Shown here one piece after another: positions 1-9,909 of a stretch of DNA of 64,000 nt. How positions within the stretch are numbered: position 1 is the stretch's first letter; each line of letters starts with the position of its first letter. This DNA comes from an uncultured delta proteobacterium. Lineage in GTDB: Bacteria > Myxococcota > Kuafuiibacteriia > Kuafuiibacteriales > Kuafuiibacteriaceae. The stretch lies in NCBI GenBank assembly GCA_963803435.1, contig CAWDML010000003.1:896001-960000 (forward strand). The letters are read 5' to 3'. The notes under the pieces were generated by a model, which was given only the letters and a program-made list of their open reading frames with translations, did no database searches and was not told the origin of the DNA. The position numbers and the translations under genes were made by a program.

Positions 1-618
1 GTCGAGCTGGATCCCGAGGCGTTCAGCTCCGTCGATCTGCCGTCGACCGATCTCGATCCGCCCGCGGAGACCTTTTCGGCGGCTTCGGGCTTCGAGCTGG
101 ATGCGGACGGCAACCTGGTTCCGACCGGCGACCTTCCGCGTGTCCCGGCCGCCGAGCTGGGAGCCGTTCCGCTTCCCGCCGAGGCGGTCCAGCTGGAGGT
201 GGTTTCCGCGCCGCTGGCGCACATCGGCAAGCCCGCGCCGGTCATCGGGGGCGAGGACGAGGCGCCGCTCCGCGTCGCGCTCGATCGAGGAGACGAGGCG
301 ACGGCCTACGAGCTCTTCCAGGCCGCCGCCTCCTCGGGCCACTACCCGGCGCTCGACGCGCGCCACAACCTGCGACTGGCCGGCGTGCTCGAGCGGGCGC
401 AGGACTTCGAAGAGGCGGTGCGCGCCTGCCAGCGCGCGGCCAAGGCGGACCTGAAGGGTCCGTTCGCTCCCAAGGCGCTCTTCACGGCTGCGCGGATCAT
501 GAGCGAGCGAACCGGACAGGTCGACGGCGCGAGGGCGATGTACCAGTTCCTGCTCAAGCACTTCCCACAAGATGCGCTGGCCGATCGGGCGACGGACGCG
601 CTCAAGAAGCTCACGTGA
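1..618 (+). CDS. 5'-truncated protein with Pro/Asp-rich linker and C-terminal TPR-like repeats
   Basis: Frame of ORF 199..618 stays open back to base 1. C-terminus APKALFTAARIMSERTGQVDGARAMYQFLLKHFPQD resembles YbgF/BamD-type TPR helices. Confidence 0.6.
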   Translation, partial: VELDPEAFSSVDLPSTDLDPPAETFSAASGFELDADGNLVPTGDLPRVPAAELGAVPLPAEAVQLEVVSAPLAHIGKPAPVIGGEDEAPLRVALDRGDEATAYELFQAAASSGHYPALDARHNLRLAGVLERAQDFEEAVRACQRAAKADLKGPFAPKALFTAARIMSERTGQVDGARAMYQFLLKHFPQDALADRATDALKKLT

Positions 619-1258
619 TCCGACCGGGGCGCGGCCGGGCCAACATGCGCTCCAGCTGCGCGCGATCGAGCGTGACCTCCCCGGCGAGATAGGCCGAGAG
701 CAGGTCGAGCCGATCGTGTCCGAAGAAGAGCAGATCGCCGGCGATGAAGGTGGGCACGCCCCAGGCCCCGCGCGCGAGCGCGTCCTTTGTGTTGTCCTTG
801 AGCGCCGCTCGCCAGCGCCGATCCGTCGCGACCGTCTCGGGATCTTGATCGATCCCGACCTCGGCCAGGCAGCGGGCGAGCACGGCAGGATCCTCGAGGT
901 TCTCGCCCTCCGCCCAGGCCGCGCGAAAATAGACCTGCATCAGGCGGCGCCGATCCTCCTCCTGCTCCACGGCGCAGACCGAGCGGAGCGCATAGATCGA
1001 GTTGAACGGGTGGGTCGGGGGCCCCTCGAGCGGGATCCCGTGGTGGGCGGCCATCAGGAGCGCGTCCGCAAGACCCAGGCGCCGGCGGCTCGGGATCTCG
1101 CCGGGACCGATCGCCCCCAGCCTCGAGAGCATCGACCCGAAGACCACCGGGCGGTGGGCGAAGTCGATCGCCTCGAGCTCGGGCCTCCTCGCGATCAGCT
1201 GGCTGGCCAGATAGCTGTAGGGCGAGATGAAGTCGAAGTAGAAGAGGACCGGCCCCAC
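611..1258 (-). CDS. 2-hydroxychromene-2-carboxylate isomerase / DsbA (kappa-GST-like) family protein
   Basis: FYFDFISPYSYL N-terminal motif and GAWGVPTF...FFGHDRL C-terminal motif. GTG start chosen at 1258. Confidence 0.85.
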   Translation of the reverse strand: MGPVLFYFDFISPYSYLASQLIARRPELEAIDFAHRPVVFGSMLSRLGAIGPGEIPSRRRLGLADALLMAAHHGIPLEGPPTHPFNSIYALRSVCAVEQEEDRRRLMQVYFRAAWAEGENLEDPAVLARCLAEVGIDQDPETVATDRRWRAALKDNTKDALARGAWGVPTFIAGDLLFFGHDRLDLLSAYLAGEVTLDRAQLERMLARPRPGRIT

Positions 1259-1303
1259 CCTCGGCCTTCCATCATCCGGTGCTCTCGAAGTAAAGCCGTC
1301 TCG

Positions 1304-2083
1304 GTGATCGACATCGGCGTCAACCTGACGAACCGCGCCTTCCGGGGCGACCTCGACCAGGTGATCGAGCGGGCCTGGGCTGCGGGGGTCGAGGCGATGG
1401 TGGTGACCGGGACGAGCGTCGCGGCCAGCCGGGCGGCCCTCGAGCTGGCCGAGTCGCGGCCGGGCTGCCTCTACGCGACGGCCGGAGTCCACCCGCACGA
1501 CGCCAAGTCCTGCGACGATTCGACGCTGTCGATCCTGCGCGAGCTGGCCGCACGCGACGGCGTGGTCGCGATCGGCGAGTGCGGGCTCGACTACAACCGA
1601 GACTACTCTCCGCGGCAGGTTCAGGACCGCTGGTTCGAGGCGCAGGTCGAGCTGGCGGCCGAGCTCGGTATGCCGCTCTTCCTCCACGAGCGCGATGCGC
1701 ACGGCCGCTTCATCGAGATCATCGGACGCCATCGGGATCGGCTGGTGGCCGTCTGTGTGCACTGCTTCACCGGCACGGAGCCCGAGCTGCGCGCCTATCT
1801 CGACCTCGATCTCCACATCGGGATCACGGGATGGATCGCCGACGAGCGCCGCGGCCGTCACCTCTACGATCTCGTCCGCCTCATCCCCGAAGGCCGACTG
1901 ATGATCGAGACGGATGCGCCCTATCTTTTACCCCGCACTCTCGATAAGAAGCCCAAGACAGGTCGCAACGAGCCGTCGTATCTTCCGTGGGTGGTGAAAT
2001 CGCTGGCGGATGCGACGGGACGGACCGAGGCCGAGGTTCGCGCGTTCACCACGCGAACCGCGCGCACGTTCTTTCGGATCTGA
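1304..2083 (+). CDS. tatD: TatD family 3'-5' nuclease
   Basis: IDIGVNL, GVHPH, AIGECGLDY, FLHER, VHCFTG, ETDAPYL and RNEP motifs. GTG start at 1304. Confidence 0.93.
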   Translation: MIDIGVNLTNRAFRGDLDQVIERAWAAGVEAMVVTGTSVAASRAALELAESRPGCLYATAGVHPHDAKSCDDSTLSILRELAARDGVVAIGECGLDYNRDYSPRQVQDRWFEAQVELAAELGMPLFLHERDAHGRFIEIIGRHRDRLVAVCVHCFTGTEPELRAYLDLDLHIGITGWIADERRGRHLYDLVRLIPEGRLMIETDAPYLLPRTLDKKPKTGRNEPSYLPWVVKSLADATGRTEAEVRAFTTRTARTFFRI

Positions 2084-2124
2084 GGCGGAATCCCCGGCGG
2101 GCCGCCGATGTTGTGGAGTTTGGC

Positions 2125-2376
2125 ATGGCACTCATCTTCCTTCTCCTGCGGGCCCTCAGTCTCATCGTCATCGTCGACGCCGTGGCGAGCTGGGTGATGC
2201 CGGGGCGCGATCGCTTCCCTCGCAACTTCACGGGGCGCATCACGGAGCCGCTCTATCGGCCCATCCGCAAGGTGATCGACCCTGAGAAGATGGGCGGCAT
2301 CGACATCTCGCCGATCATCGTCCTGGTCGCGCTCCAGGGGATCGCGACGCTCCTCAGCCGCCTCGTGCACGGCTGA
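2125..2376 (+). CDS. yggT: YggT family membrane protein
   Basis: SWV...ITEPLYRPIRKVI...GGIDISPII signature. GGAG SD upstream. Confidence 0.88.
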   Translation: MALIFLLLRALSLIVIVDAVASWVMPGRDRFPRNFTGRITEPLYRPIRKVIDPEKMGGIDISPIIVLVALQGIATLLSRLVHG

Positions 2377-2415
2377 CTCCCGGGCTCGGCCCGTCCATGG
2401 TAGGAACACCGATCC

Positions 2416-4452
2416 ATGGACCCGTCGGCGCAAAATCCCCTCCTCGAGATCGACTTCGAGATCCCGTTCGACCGGATACGGGCCGAGCACGTGCGGCCCG
2501 GGATCCACGCGCTCCTCGAGGATGCACGGCGCGGGGTGGCAGCCATCGGCGCCTCCCGCGCGCCGAGCACCTACGACAACGTCCTGGGCGCGCTCGAGCG
2601 GGCGACCGAGCCTCTCGAGGTGGCAATGACCGTCGTCGGCCACCTCGAATCGGTGACCACGAACCCCGCGCTCCGCGACGCCTACAACGAGGTGCAGCCG
2701 GAGGTGAGCGGGTTCTACGCCTCGATCCCGCTCGACGCGGCGCTGTGGGCCCGACTCAAGGTGCTCGCTGCCAGTGAGGAGGCGACGCGGCTCACCGGCG
2801 CCCACAAGCGACACCTCGTGAAGACGGTCGAGGACTTCAAGCGCCACGGCGCGGATCTCGACGACGCCGGGAAGCGGCGCCTCGAGGAGATCACGCGCGA
2901 GCTGGCGACCCTGACCTCGCACTACGGCCAGAACGTGCTCGACGAGACGGCCGCCTGGGAGCTGGTGATCGAGGACGAGTCGAAGCTCGCCGGGCTCCCC
3001 GAGTCCGCGCGCGACGCGGCCCGCCAGAGCGCCGAGCAGAAGGGTAAGGCGGGCTGGCGCTTCACGCTGCAGGCGCCCAGCCTGATCCCGCTGCTCACCT
3101 ATCTCGACGACGCCGGGATCCGCGAGCAGGTATATCGCGCCTACAACGCTCGTGCGACCCACGGAGAGAAGGCGAACCCGCCGCTGATCGCGCGCATCAT
3201 CGAGCTGCGGCAGGAGGAGGCGACGCTCCTCGGCTACGCGGACTTCGCGGCGCTGGTCCTCGAGGATCGGATGGCGAAGACGGCCGCGGAGGCCCGCCGC
3301 TTCGTCGGCGAGCTGACGGACAAGACGCGCGCCGCCTTCGAGAAGGAGCACCGGGCGCTCGTGGAGTTCGCCGGTGTGGAGCGGATCGAGCCCTGGGGCC
3401 TGCTCTACTACGCCGAGAAGCTGCGGCTTTCGCTCTACGAGTTCGACGAGGAGGAGCTCCGGCCCTACTTCCCGGCCGAGCAGGCCCTCGAGGGCGTCTT
3501 CCAGACGGCCTCCCGCCTGTACGGGGTGAAGATCGCGCCTGCGCCGGCGATGCCGGTCTGGCACCCGGACGTTCGGCCGTACCGAATCGAGAGCGCCTCG
3601 GGTGAGGCCCTCGGCGCGTTCTACGCCGACCTTCACCCGCGCGAAGAGAAGCGCGGCGGGGCGTGGATGAACGGCCTCATCTCCGGCGTAGTGGAGGGCG
3701 GGAGGCTCTCGCCGCATCTCGGCCTGATCTGCGCGAACGTCACGCCTCCGATCGGCGATCGCCCCGCGCTGCTGACGCACGACGAGGTCACGACGCTCTT
3801 CCACGAGTTCGGGCACCTGCTCCACCACCTGCTGAGCCGGGTGGAGGTGCGCAGCCTCGCCGGTACCAACGTCGCCTGGGACTTCGTCGAGCTGCCCTCG
3901 CAGATCATGGAGAACTGGTGCTGGGAGCGCGAGGCGCTCGATCTCTTCGCGCGACACTACGAGACGGGCGAGCGCATCCCCGAGCGGCTATTCGAGAAGA
4001 TGAACCGCGCGCGGACCTTCCGGGCGGCCTACGCGATGATGCGGCAGCTCGGCTTCGCAGCCGTCGATCTGGCGCTCCACACGGAATACGACCAGGAGAG
4101 GGACGGGGACGTGGTGGCCTACTCGCGGCGGATCATGCAGGCGTACGCGCCGGTGAAGCTGCGGGAGGACTATGCGTTCATCTGTGGCTTCGGACATCTA
4201 TTCGCCAGCGCGGTCGGCTATGCGGCCGGCTACTACTCGTACAAATGGGCCGAGGTCTTGGACGCCGACGCCTTCACCCGCTTCAAGAAGGGCGGGATCT
4301 TCAGCCGCGAGGTCGGCGAAGCGTTCAAGAAGAGCATCCTCGAGCGCGGCGACGGGGAGGATCCGATGGTCCTGTATCAGAGCTTCATGGGGCGGCCCCC
4401 GTCGCTGGAGCCGCTGCTCGAGCGATCGGGGCTGGTGGAGGCGAGCCGATGA
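2416..4452 (+). CDS. prlC: Oligopeptidase A (M3A metallopeptidase)
   Basis: TLFHEFGHLLH zinc motif, DFVELPSQIMENW, GYAAGYYSYKWAEVLDADAF; 678 aa. Confidence 0.95.
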   Translation: MDPSAQNPLLEIDFEIPFDRIRAEHVRPGIHALLEDARRGVAAIGASRAPSTYDNVLGALERATEPLEVAMTVVGHLESVTTNPALRDAYNEVQPEVSGFYASIPLDAALWARLKVLAASEEATRLTGAHKRHLVKTVEDFKRHGADLDDAGKRRLEEITRELATLTSHYGQNVLDETAAWELVIEDESKLAGLPESARDAARQSAEQKGKAGWRFTLQAPSLIPLLTYLDDAGIREQVYRAYNARATHGEKANPPLIARIIELRQEEATLLGYADFAALVLEDRMAKTAAEARRFVGELTDKTRAAFEKEHRALVEFAGVERIEPWGLLYYAEKLRLSLYEFDEEELRPYFPAEQALEGVFQTASRLYGVKIAPAPAMPVWHPDVRPYRIESASGEALGAFYADLHPREEKRGGAWMNGLISGVVEGGRLSPHLGLICANVTPPIGDRPALLTHDEVTTLFHEFGHLLHHLLSRVEVRSLAGTNVAWDFVELPSQIMENWCWEREALDLFARHYETGERIPERLFEKMNRARTFRAAYAMMRQLGFAAVDLALHTEYDQERDGDVVAYSRRIMQAYAPVKLREDYAFICGFGHLFASAVGYAAGYYSYKWAEVLDADAFTRFKKGGIFSREVGEAFKKSILERGDGEDPMVLYQSFMGRPPSLEPLLERSGLVEASR

Positions 4453-5441
4453 AGTATCGATTTCTGGGAAAGACCGGGGTCAAGGTCTCGGAGCTGTGCT
4501 TTGGGACCATGCAGCTCATGGACGACGCGGATCGGGAGACCTCGATCGCGATGTTCCATGCCTGTCGCGAGGCGGGGATCAACATTTTCGACTCGGCCGA
4601 CGTCTACGCCGGCGGTCGCTCGGAGACGCTGCTCGGTGAGCTGATCCAGGATTGCCGGGATCAGGTGGTCGTCACCACCAAGGCGTACTTCCCCAGGAGC
4701 AAGGACGTGAACGATCGCGGTACGTCGCGCTATCATCTGGTGCGCGCGGTCGAGCAGAGCTTGCGGCGGCTCCAGACGGATCGGATCGATCTGTTCTTCC
4801 TCCATCGCTGGGACGAGGCGACCGCGCTCGACGACACGCTTCGCGCGCTCGACGATCTGGTTCACCAGGGCAAGGTCCTCTACCTGGGCGCGAGCAACTT
4901 CTCGGCCTGGCAGGCGATGAAGGCCCTGGGCATCGCGTCGCGGGATCGGCTGGCGCCGCTCGCCTGCGTGCAGCCGATGTACAACCTGGCCAAGCGGCAG
5001 GCGGAGGTGGAGATCCTGCCGATGGCCCACGCCGAGCAGCTGGGTGTCATCACCTACAGCCCGCTGGGCGGAGGGCTGCTCTCGGGCAAATACGGTGCGG
5101 AGAAGCGCCCCGCGTCCGGACGCCTCACGGCCAACAAGATGTACATGACGCGCTACGGCGGGGACACCTATTACCGGATCGCCGACGACTTCAACGCGCT
5201 GGCGGCCCTGCACGGACACCACCCGGCGGCGCTGGCGGTGGCCTGGTGCGCGGCCCATCCTGCGGTGACCGCACCGATCATCGGTGCGCGCAACATGGAG
5301 CAATTGAAAGTTGTCTTGCGCGCAGCCGAGATCGACATGAGCGAGGCGCTGTACCGCGCGATCAGCGCGCTCTCGCCGTCGCCGCCGCCCGCCACGGATC
5401 GCAATGAGGAGAGCTCGGCGTTCAACTACGGCGCTCGCTGA
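4449..5441 (+). CDS. Aldo/keto reductase
   Basis: LGKTGVKVSELCFGTM, DSADVY, SLRRLQTDRIDL, YLGASN, QPMYNL, YSPLGGGLLSGKY. ATGA overlap with prlC stop. Confidence 0.93.
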   Translation: MKYRFLGKTGVKVSELCFGTMQLMDDADRETSIAMFHACREAGINIFDSADVYAGGRSETLLGELIQDCRDQVVVTTKAYFPRSKDVNDRGTSRYHLVRAVEQSLRRLQTDRIDLFFLHRWDEATALDDTLRALDDLVHQGKVLYLGASNFSAWQAMKALGIASRDRLAPLACVQPMYNLAKRQAEVEILPMAHAEQLGVITYSPLGGGLLSGKYGAEKRPASGRLTANKMYMTRYGGDTYYRIADDFNALAALHGHHPAALAVAWCAAHPAVTAPIIGARNMEQLKVVLRAAEIDMSEALYRAISALSPSPPPATDRNEESSAFNYGAR

Positions 5442-5496
5442 GCCTCGGGTGCCTTGCGCAAAAACCTGAGTTTGGTAGTGTGCGCGTCACCTTCGG

Positions 5497-8415
5497 GTGG
5501 CTCACATCATCGACGAAAGGAACGTCCCCGCTCGACCGAGGTGGCAGAGTGCGCTCGAGCGGCTGAAACCCAGATCCGATCCCGCGGTCGATCAGGTGCA
5601 GGCGGTCTTTTCCTCCGAGCGGAAGAGCCGTCTCCATTACGAGCTGAACCTGCGCGAAAGCAGGCTTCGCGATCAGCTCATCATCGACTTCATGGAGCGG
5701 GAGCTTGACGCCGAGGGCCGCCTCGGACCGATCCGCCCCCTCGAGATCGACGAGGTCGGGATCGAGTCCCTCTCCGCCGGGGAGGACCGGGCGCTCCTCC
5801 GCCTGCTGCTGGGCAACGTGGCGGAGGACCGGAATCGGGCCCGCCTGGAGCACAAGCTGACCTATTCACGGAGCGTGGTCCGGCCCGGGATGTACGACAC
5901 GGTGCTCGCCCGCCTGAGCGCCAGCAAGCGGTTCTTCCAGGAGACGATGATGGATGCGTCGGTCGAGCCGGTGGCGCTCGTGTTCGACGACGGCGAGCCC
6001 TTCGGCTTCGCGCTCCACGTCGAGTCCGCGGAGGAGGGCTACAAGCTCTGGGGCCGGCTCGTCCGCGAGGACGAGGCCATCGACCTGGCCGCGCCCCAGC
6101 TGATCCTCTCGGGCGGTCTGGCGGTGCTCGGCGCGGACGGTGGAAGCGCCGTCCGTCTGGTCCGGTTCGAGTGCGCCGAGGCGTTCGACTGGATCTACCG
6201 GCTCCATCGCCAGGGGCCGATCGTGGTCCCGCACGAGGCCAAGGACGAGTTCCTGATCCAGCTCGCCGCGATGCCCGATCTCCCGGACGTGGAGCTGCCG
6301 CCGGAGCTCCACTGGTCGAAAGCAAAGATCGCGCCGCGCCCGCGGGTCGTCTTTGCGCCGGTTCAAGGCGAGACCAAGGTGGTGATCGGGACCGTCGAGT
6401 TCGACTACGCGGGGCAGGTGGTCGGCGCCGGCTCGGCCCGCACGTCGGTGGCCGATCAGGAGGGCCGGCGTATCTTCCGCCGCGACGGTCGCGCCGAACG
6501 CAAGCTGATCGAACGGCTCAAGTCGCTCGGGCTGGAGGCCGCGGGCCCGGCCGAGGTGAAGATCGCGACGCGCGATCTGGGCGCAGTGATCCGGACGCTG
6601 GTGGAGGAGGGCTGGTACATCGAAGCCGAGGGCGCGCCGGTCCGCGCCGCCACCGGCAGCCTGAAGTCGAAGGTCTGCTCCGGGATCGATTGGTTCGATC
6701 TGGAGGGCGAGCTCGAGTTCGGCGACGTCTCCGCCTCGCTTCCCGAGCTGCTCGAGGCGGCGGCCGCCGGCAGCGGCTTCGTGCGGCTTCCCGACGGCTC
6801 GCGCGGTCTGCTGCCGGATTGGCTCGACCGCTACGCCTCGCTCGCTCACGCGGCCAAGCGGGAGGGGCAGCGCCTCCGCTTCCTCCCCTCACAGGCCGGG
6901 ATCATCGACGCGCTCCTGACCGGACACGCCGAGGCGGACGTCGACGTGAAGTACGAGCGCGTGCGTCAGGCGCTGGCCGCAGGCGGCCGCGGCACGCTCC
7001 CGGGAGAGCCACCCGGCTTCTTCGGCAAGCTCCGGCCCTACCAGAAGGAGGGCCTCGCCTGGCTCCGCTTCCTCGAGACCTCCGGCTACGGCGGATGTCT
7101 GGCCGACGACATGGGGCTGGGCAAGACCGTGCAGGTGCTGGCGATGCTGCAGGCGCGGCACCGGCCCTCGGCGACGGGCAAGCGCAAGCGGGCGCCCTCG
7201 TTGATCGTCGTCCCGCGCAGCCTGGTGCACAACTGGATCTCGGAGTCGGCCAAGTTCACGCCGGCGATGAAGGCGCTCGACTACACCGGAGGCGACCGCA
7301 AGAAGCACACCGAGCACCTCCAGGACTACGACCTGATCGTCACCACGTACGGCACGCTGCGGCAGGACGTCCTCGATCTGCTGGAGACGAAGTTCTCCAC
7401 GGTGATCCTCGACGAGGCCCAAGCGATCAAGAACCCCACCTCGCAGGCGGCGAAGGCGTGCCGCCTGATCCGCGCAGATCACCGGCTGGCGATCACCGGC
7501 ACGCCCGTCGAGAACAACCTCGACGAGCTCTGGTCGATCTTCGAGTTCCTGAGCCCCGGCCTGCTCGGTCGCTTCGAGGACTTCTCGGCGAACGGGAAGG
7601 CGGCCGACGACGCCTGGCTCGACATGCTCGCGACCTCGCTCAAGCCGTTCATGCTCCGTCGCACCAAGGAGCAGGTGCTCAAGGAGCTGCCGAAGAAGAC
7701 CGAGCAGACGATCGCGGTGGAGCTGAAGTCGTCCGAGCGCGACGCCTATGACGAGCTACGCGACTACTACCGCGGCGTTCTCAGCCGGAAGATCGACGAG
7801 GTCGGGTTCGGCCGCGCCAAGATCCAGGTCCTCGAGGCGCTGCTGCGGCTGCGCCAGGCCGCCTGTCACCCCGGCCTCATCGACGCGGATCGCATGGATG
7901 AGCCCTCCGCCAAGATCGACGCGCTGATGGACATGCTCGAGGAGGTGACCCGCGCCGGTCACAAGGCGCTGGTCTTCTCCCAGTTCACCACGCTCCTCGA
8001 GATCGTGCGGCGTCGGGTGGAGCGCTCGAGCATCGCGTACTGCTACCTGGACGGCGCCACCCGCGACCGCCGAGGCGTCTGCGATCGGTTCCAGACCGAT
8101 CCGTCGTTGAAGGTGTTCCTCATCAGCCTCAAGGCGGGCGGCTGCGGGCTCAACCTGACGGCGAGCGACTATGTCTTCATCCTCGATCCCTGGTGGAACC
8201 CGGCCGTAGAGTCGCAGGCGATCGATCGAGCCCACCGTATGGGGCAGAAGAACAAGGTCTTCGCGTACCGGCTGATCGCCAGCGAGACGGTCGAGGAGAA
8301 GATCGTGGGGCTCCAGGACGAGAAGCGGAAGCTGGCCGACGCGATCGTCACGGCGGACGGCAAGGGCCTGCGGGATCTGACGGCGAAGGATCTCGATTCG
8401 CTGTTCGGGGCTTAG
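5497..8415 (+). CDS. SNF2/SWI2-family helicase-like ATPase
   Basis: LRPYQKEG, LADDMGLGKT, DEAQ, TGTPVEN, LRRTK, LVFSQF, SLKAGGCGLNL, WWNPAVESQAIDRAHRMGQ. Confidence 0.95.
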   Translation: MAHIIDERNVPARPRWQSALERLKPRSDPAVDQVQAVFSSERKSRLHYELNLRESRLRDQLIIDFMERELDAEGRLGPIRPLEIDEVGIESLSAGEDRALLRLLLGNVAEDRNRARLEHKLTYSRSVVRPGMYDTVLARLSASKRFFQETMMDASVEPVALVFDDGEPFGFALHVESAEEGYKLWGRLVREDEAIDLAAPQLILSGGLAVLGADGGSAVRLVRFECAEAFDWIYRLHRQGPIVVPHEAKDEFLIQLAAMPDLPDVELPPELHWSKAKIAPRPRVVFAPVQGETKVVIGTVEFDYAGQVVGAGSARTSVADQEGRRIFRRDGRAERKLIERLKSLGLEAAGPAEVKIATRDLGAVIRTLVEEGWYIEAEGAPVRAATGSLKSKVCSGIDWFDLEGELEFGDVSASLPELLEAAAAGSGFVRLPDGSRGLLPDWLDRYASLAHAAKREGQRLRFLPSQAGIIDALLTGHAEADVDVKYERVRQALAAGGRGTLPGEPPGFFGKLRPYQKEGLAWLRFLETSGYGGCLADDMGLGKTVQVLAMLQARHRPSATGKRKRAPSLIVVPRSLVHNWISESAKFTPAMKALDYTGGDRKKHTEHLQDYDLIVTTYGTLRQDVLDLLETKFSTVILDEAQAIKNPTSQAAKACRLIRADHRLAITGTPVENNLDELWSIFEFLSPGLLGRFEDFSANGKAADDAWLDMLATSLKPFMLRRTKEQVLKELPKKTEQTIAVELKSSERDAYDELRDYYRGVLSRKIDEVGFGRAKIQVLEALLRLRQAACHPGLIDADRMDEPSAKIDALMDMLEEVTRAGHKALVFSQFTTLLEIVRRRVERSSIAYCYLDGATRDRRGVCDRFQTDPSLKVFLISLKAGGCGLNLTASDYVFILDPWWNPAVESQAIDRAHRMGQKNKVFAYRLIASETVEEKIVGLQDEKRKLADAIVTADGKGLRDLTAKDLDSLFGA

Positions 8416-8624
8416 AACCGGGGCCAAAACCGTTCCGTTCGCTCTTCCGTGTTGCACTTGTTCTGGCATTCGCTGTTCGTCTTCAGCTCATGAAGGGCGA
8501 TGACATCGCGGATCGGTCGCCCATCCGTACGCTTCTGCAGGAGCGATCCGTCTCCATGAACAGCGAATGCCAGAACGCCGAAACACAGAACAGCGAACGG
8601 TTCGGAGGTTTTCGGACCGGTTCT
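8414..8624. repeat. Long imperfect intergenic inverted repeat (~210 bp hairpin)
   Basis: Perfect 19-bp arms GTTCTGGCATTCGCTGTTC (8460-8478) / GAACAGCGAATGCCAGAAC (8558-8576). Nested outer arms AGAACCGG/CCGGTTCT, AAAACC/GGTTTT, CCGTTCGCT/AGCGAACGG and inner CGGATCG/CGATCCG. Lies between convergent genes. Confidence 0.85.
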
Positions 8625-8635
8625 TGGTAGCTCGC

Positions 8636-9763
8636 TCAACGGTGGCGCGGCGTGCAGCCGTCGATCATCGCCTGGATCGCCACCCGCTCACCCGTGCCGA
8701 GCCCCTCGCCCCGGCAGCCGTCGGCCTGCGAGTAGCAGTGGTAGGCGGTGTCGGAAGTGATCTGCTGATAGTAGAGCTGCGCCATCGCGGTGACGGCGGT
8801 CGACATGTTCGTGCAGTCGAAGAACTCGACGCGCGTGTTCGGATAGTCGTACGTCCCGCCGAAGGCGATGCTGTCGTCTCGCCATCGCTCGAGGTCCGAG
8901 GACGGGACGTCGGTGCTCCCGCAGGTCAGCGGCGCCATGTTCTCCCAGGCCCCGACCTTGGCCGGCAGCCTCATGGTGACCGTCTGACCGCAGACCGTCG
9001 CTGTCGCGGGCGCGTCGCCATCGCATCCGAGATCGATCCGCGCGAAGGGTGGTCCCGAGAGCTCGTTGACGTAGTCGAGCGCGTCGGCGAGCCCATAGTG
9101 GGTCAGGGCGTAGCCGATCTGCGCGGACCCGCCCGACTTGCCCTCGGCGCAGAAGGCTCGGGCGCGACTGCCGCCGTGGAGGGTCGGGTCCTCGAACACC
9201 CACCGGAGGATGGTGGCCGGCCGGCAGGCGGCGGTCTTGATCCCGGAGCCGGCCGTCTGCTCCCAGTCGGAGGCCCAGGACACGAAGATCTGGTCGAAGC
9301 CCTCCGCTCGATATTCGTCGGTGCCGGTGGTCAGGAATCCCTCTCCGCCGCCGCCCTTGAAGTGCGTGATCGTTCCGCGCGCGGGGGCCGCCGCCAAGAG
9401 GATCATGATCGTCGCGTCGATCGCCTCGTCCTCGATCTGCGGGCAGCCGCGCACGGTGACCTGCTTGCAGGTCGCGCCGCTGGGCGCACCGGCCGGGCAG
9501 GCGCGAAGGTCGCGAACGTCGGCGACCGTACCGGTCCCCGTGATCGCGGTGCCGGCGTCCAGCGCAGCGCCCGCGTCCCGCGACGCGGCGACGCCGGCGT
9601 CGGGCGTCTCGCCAGCGTCCCCGTCCCCGGCCGCACCGCCATCGGGCGCAGCGGCGGCCGATGCATCGGTCGTCACGGTGTCACCCTTCGCCAGGCCGCC
9701 CGGTGTTGGCGCCGTGCAGGCGGCCAAGGTCAAGCAGCAGAGCGATTGCAACGTGTTCTTCAT
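8636..9763 (-). CDS. Secreted Cys-rich lipoprotein with probable alpha/beta-hydrolase fold
   Basis: Lipobox LAAC, DAG-rich linker, GKSGG nucleophile-elbow-like motif, many Cys. Purine-rich SD upstream. Confidence 0.65.
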   Translation of the reverse strand: MKNTLQSLCCLTLAACTAPTPGGLAKGDTVTTDASAAAAPDGGAAGDGDAGETPDAGVAASRDAGAALDAGTAITGTGTVADVRDLRACPAGAPSGATCKQVTVRGCPQIEDEAIDATIMILLAAAPARGTITHFKGGGGEGFLTTGTDEYRAEGFDQIFVSWASDWEQTAGSGIKTAACRPATILRWVFEDPTLHGGSRARAFCAEGKSGGSAQIGYALTHYGLADALDYVNELSGPPFARIDLGCDGDAPATATVCGQTVTMRLPAKVGAWENMAPLTCGSTDVPSSDLERWRDDSIAFGGTYDYPNTRVEFFDCTNMSTAVTAMAQLYYQQITSDTAYHCYSQADGCRGEGLGTGERVAIQAMIDGCTPRHR

Positions 9764-9909
9764 ATCCTCTCCCCACGAACGCGCGGGGGTGGTTCAAGAA
9801 GGGTGCCGGCACGCCCGGGCTCCTCCCGCTCATGCTTCTGCGGACCGATGTCCGCGGGCTCGACGCGCGCACCTGCGGCCGCGAGTCCGCAGATCCCGAG
9901 CGGAGACCC

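Noticed and set aside
572-1303. N-terminal extensions of TatD and similar extensions on the AKR, IscS, P450, AurF, EEP and HemN-like ORFs
   Set aside because: They overlap neighbouring real genes, and family motifs begin at downstream starts.
1921-3957. Long antisense and alternate-frame ORFs (e.g. 1921-3957, 11675-14425, 25687-28008, 34048-35595, 47717-50029)
   Set aside because: Shadow ORFs expected at high GC. They overlap genes with clear motifs and are Arg/Pro/Ala-rich without motifs of their own.
5497-8415. Anti-phage defence system built on the SNF2 helicase
   Set aside because: No neighbouring methyltransferase, nuclease, PLD or other defence-type genes; the flanks are ordinary.
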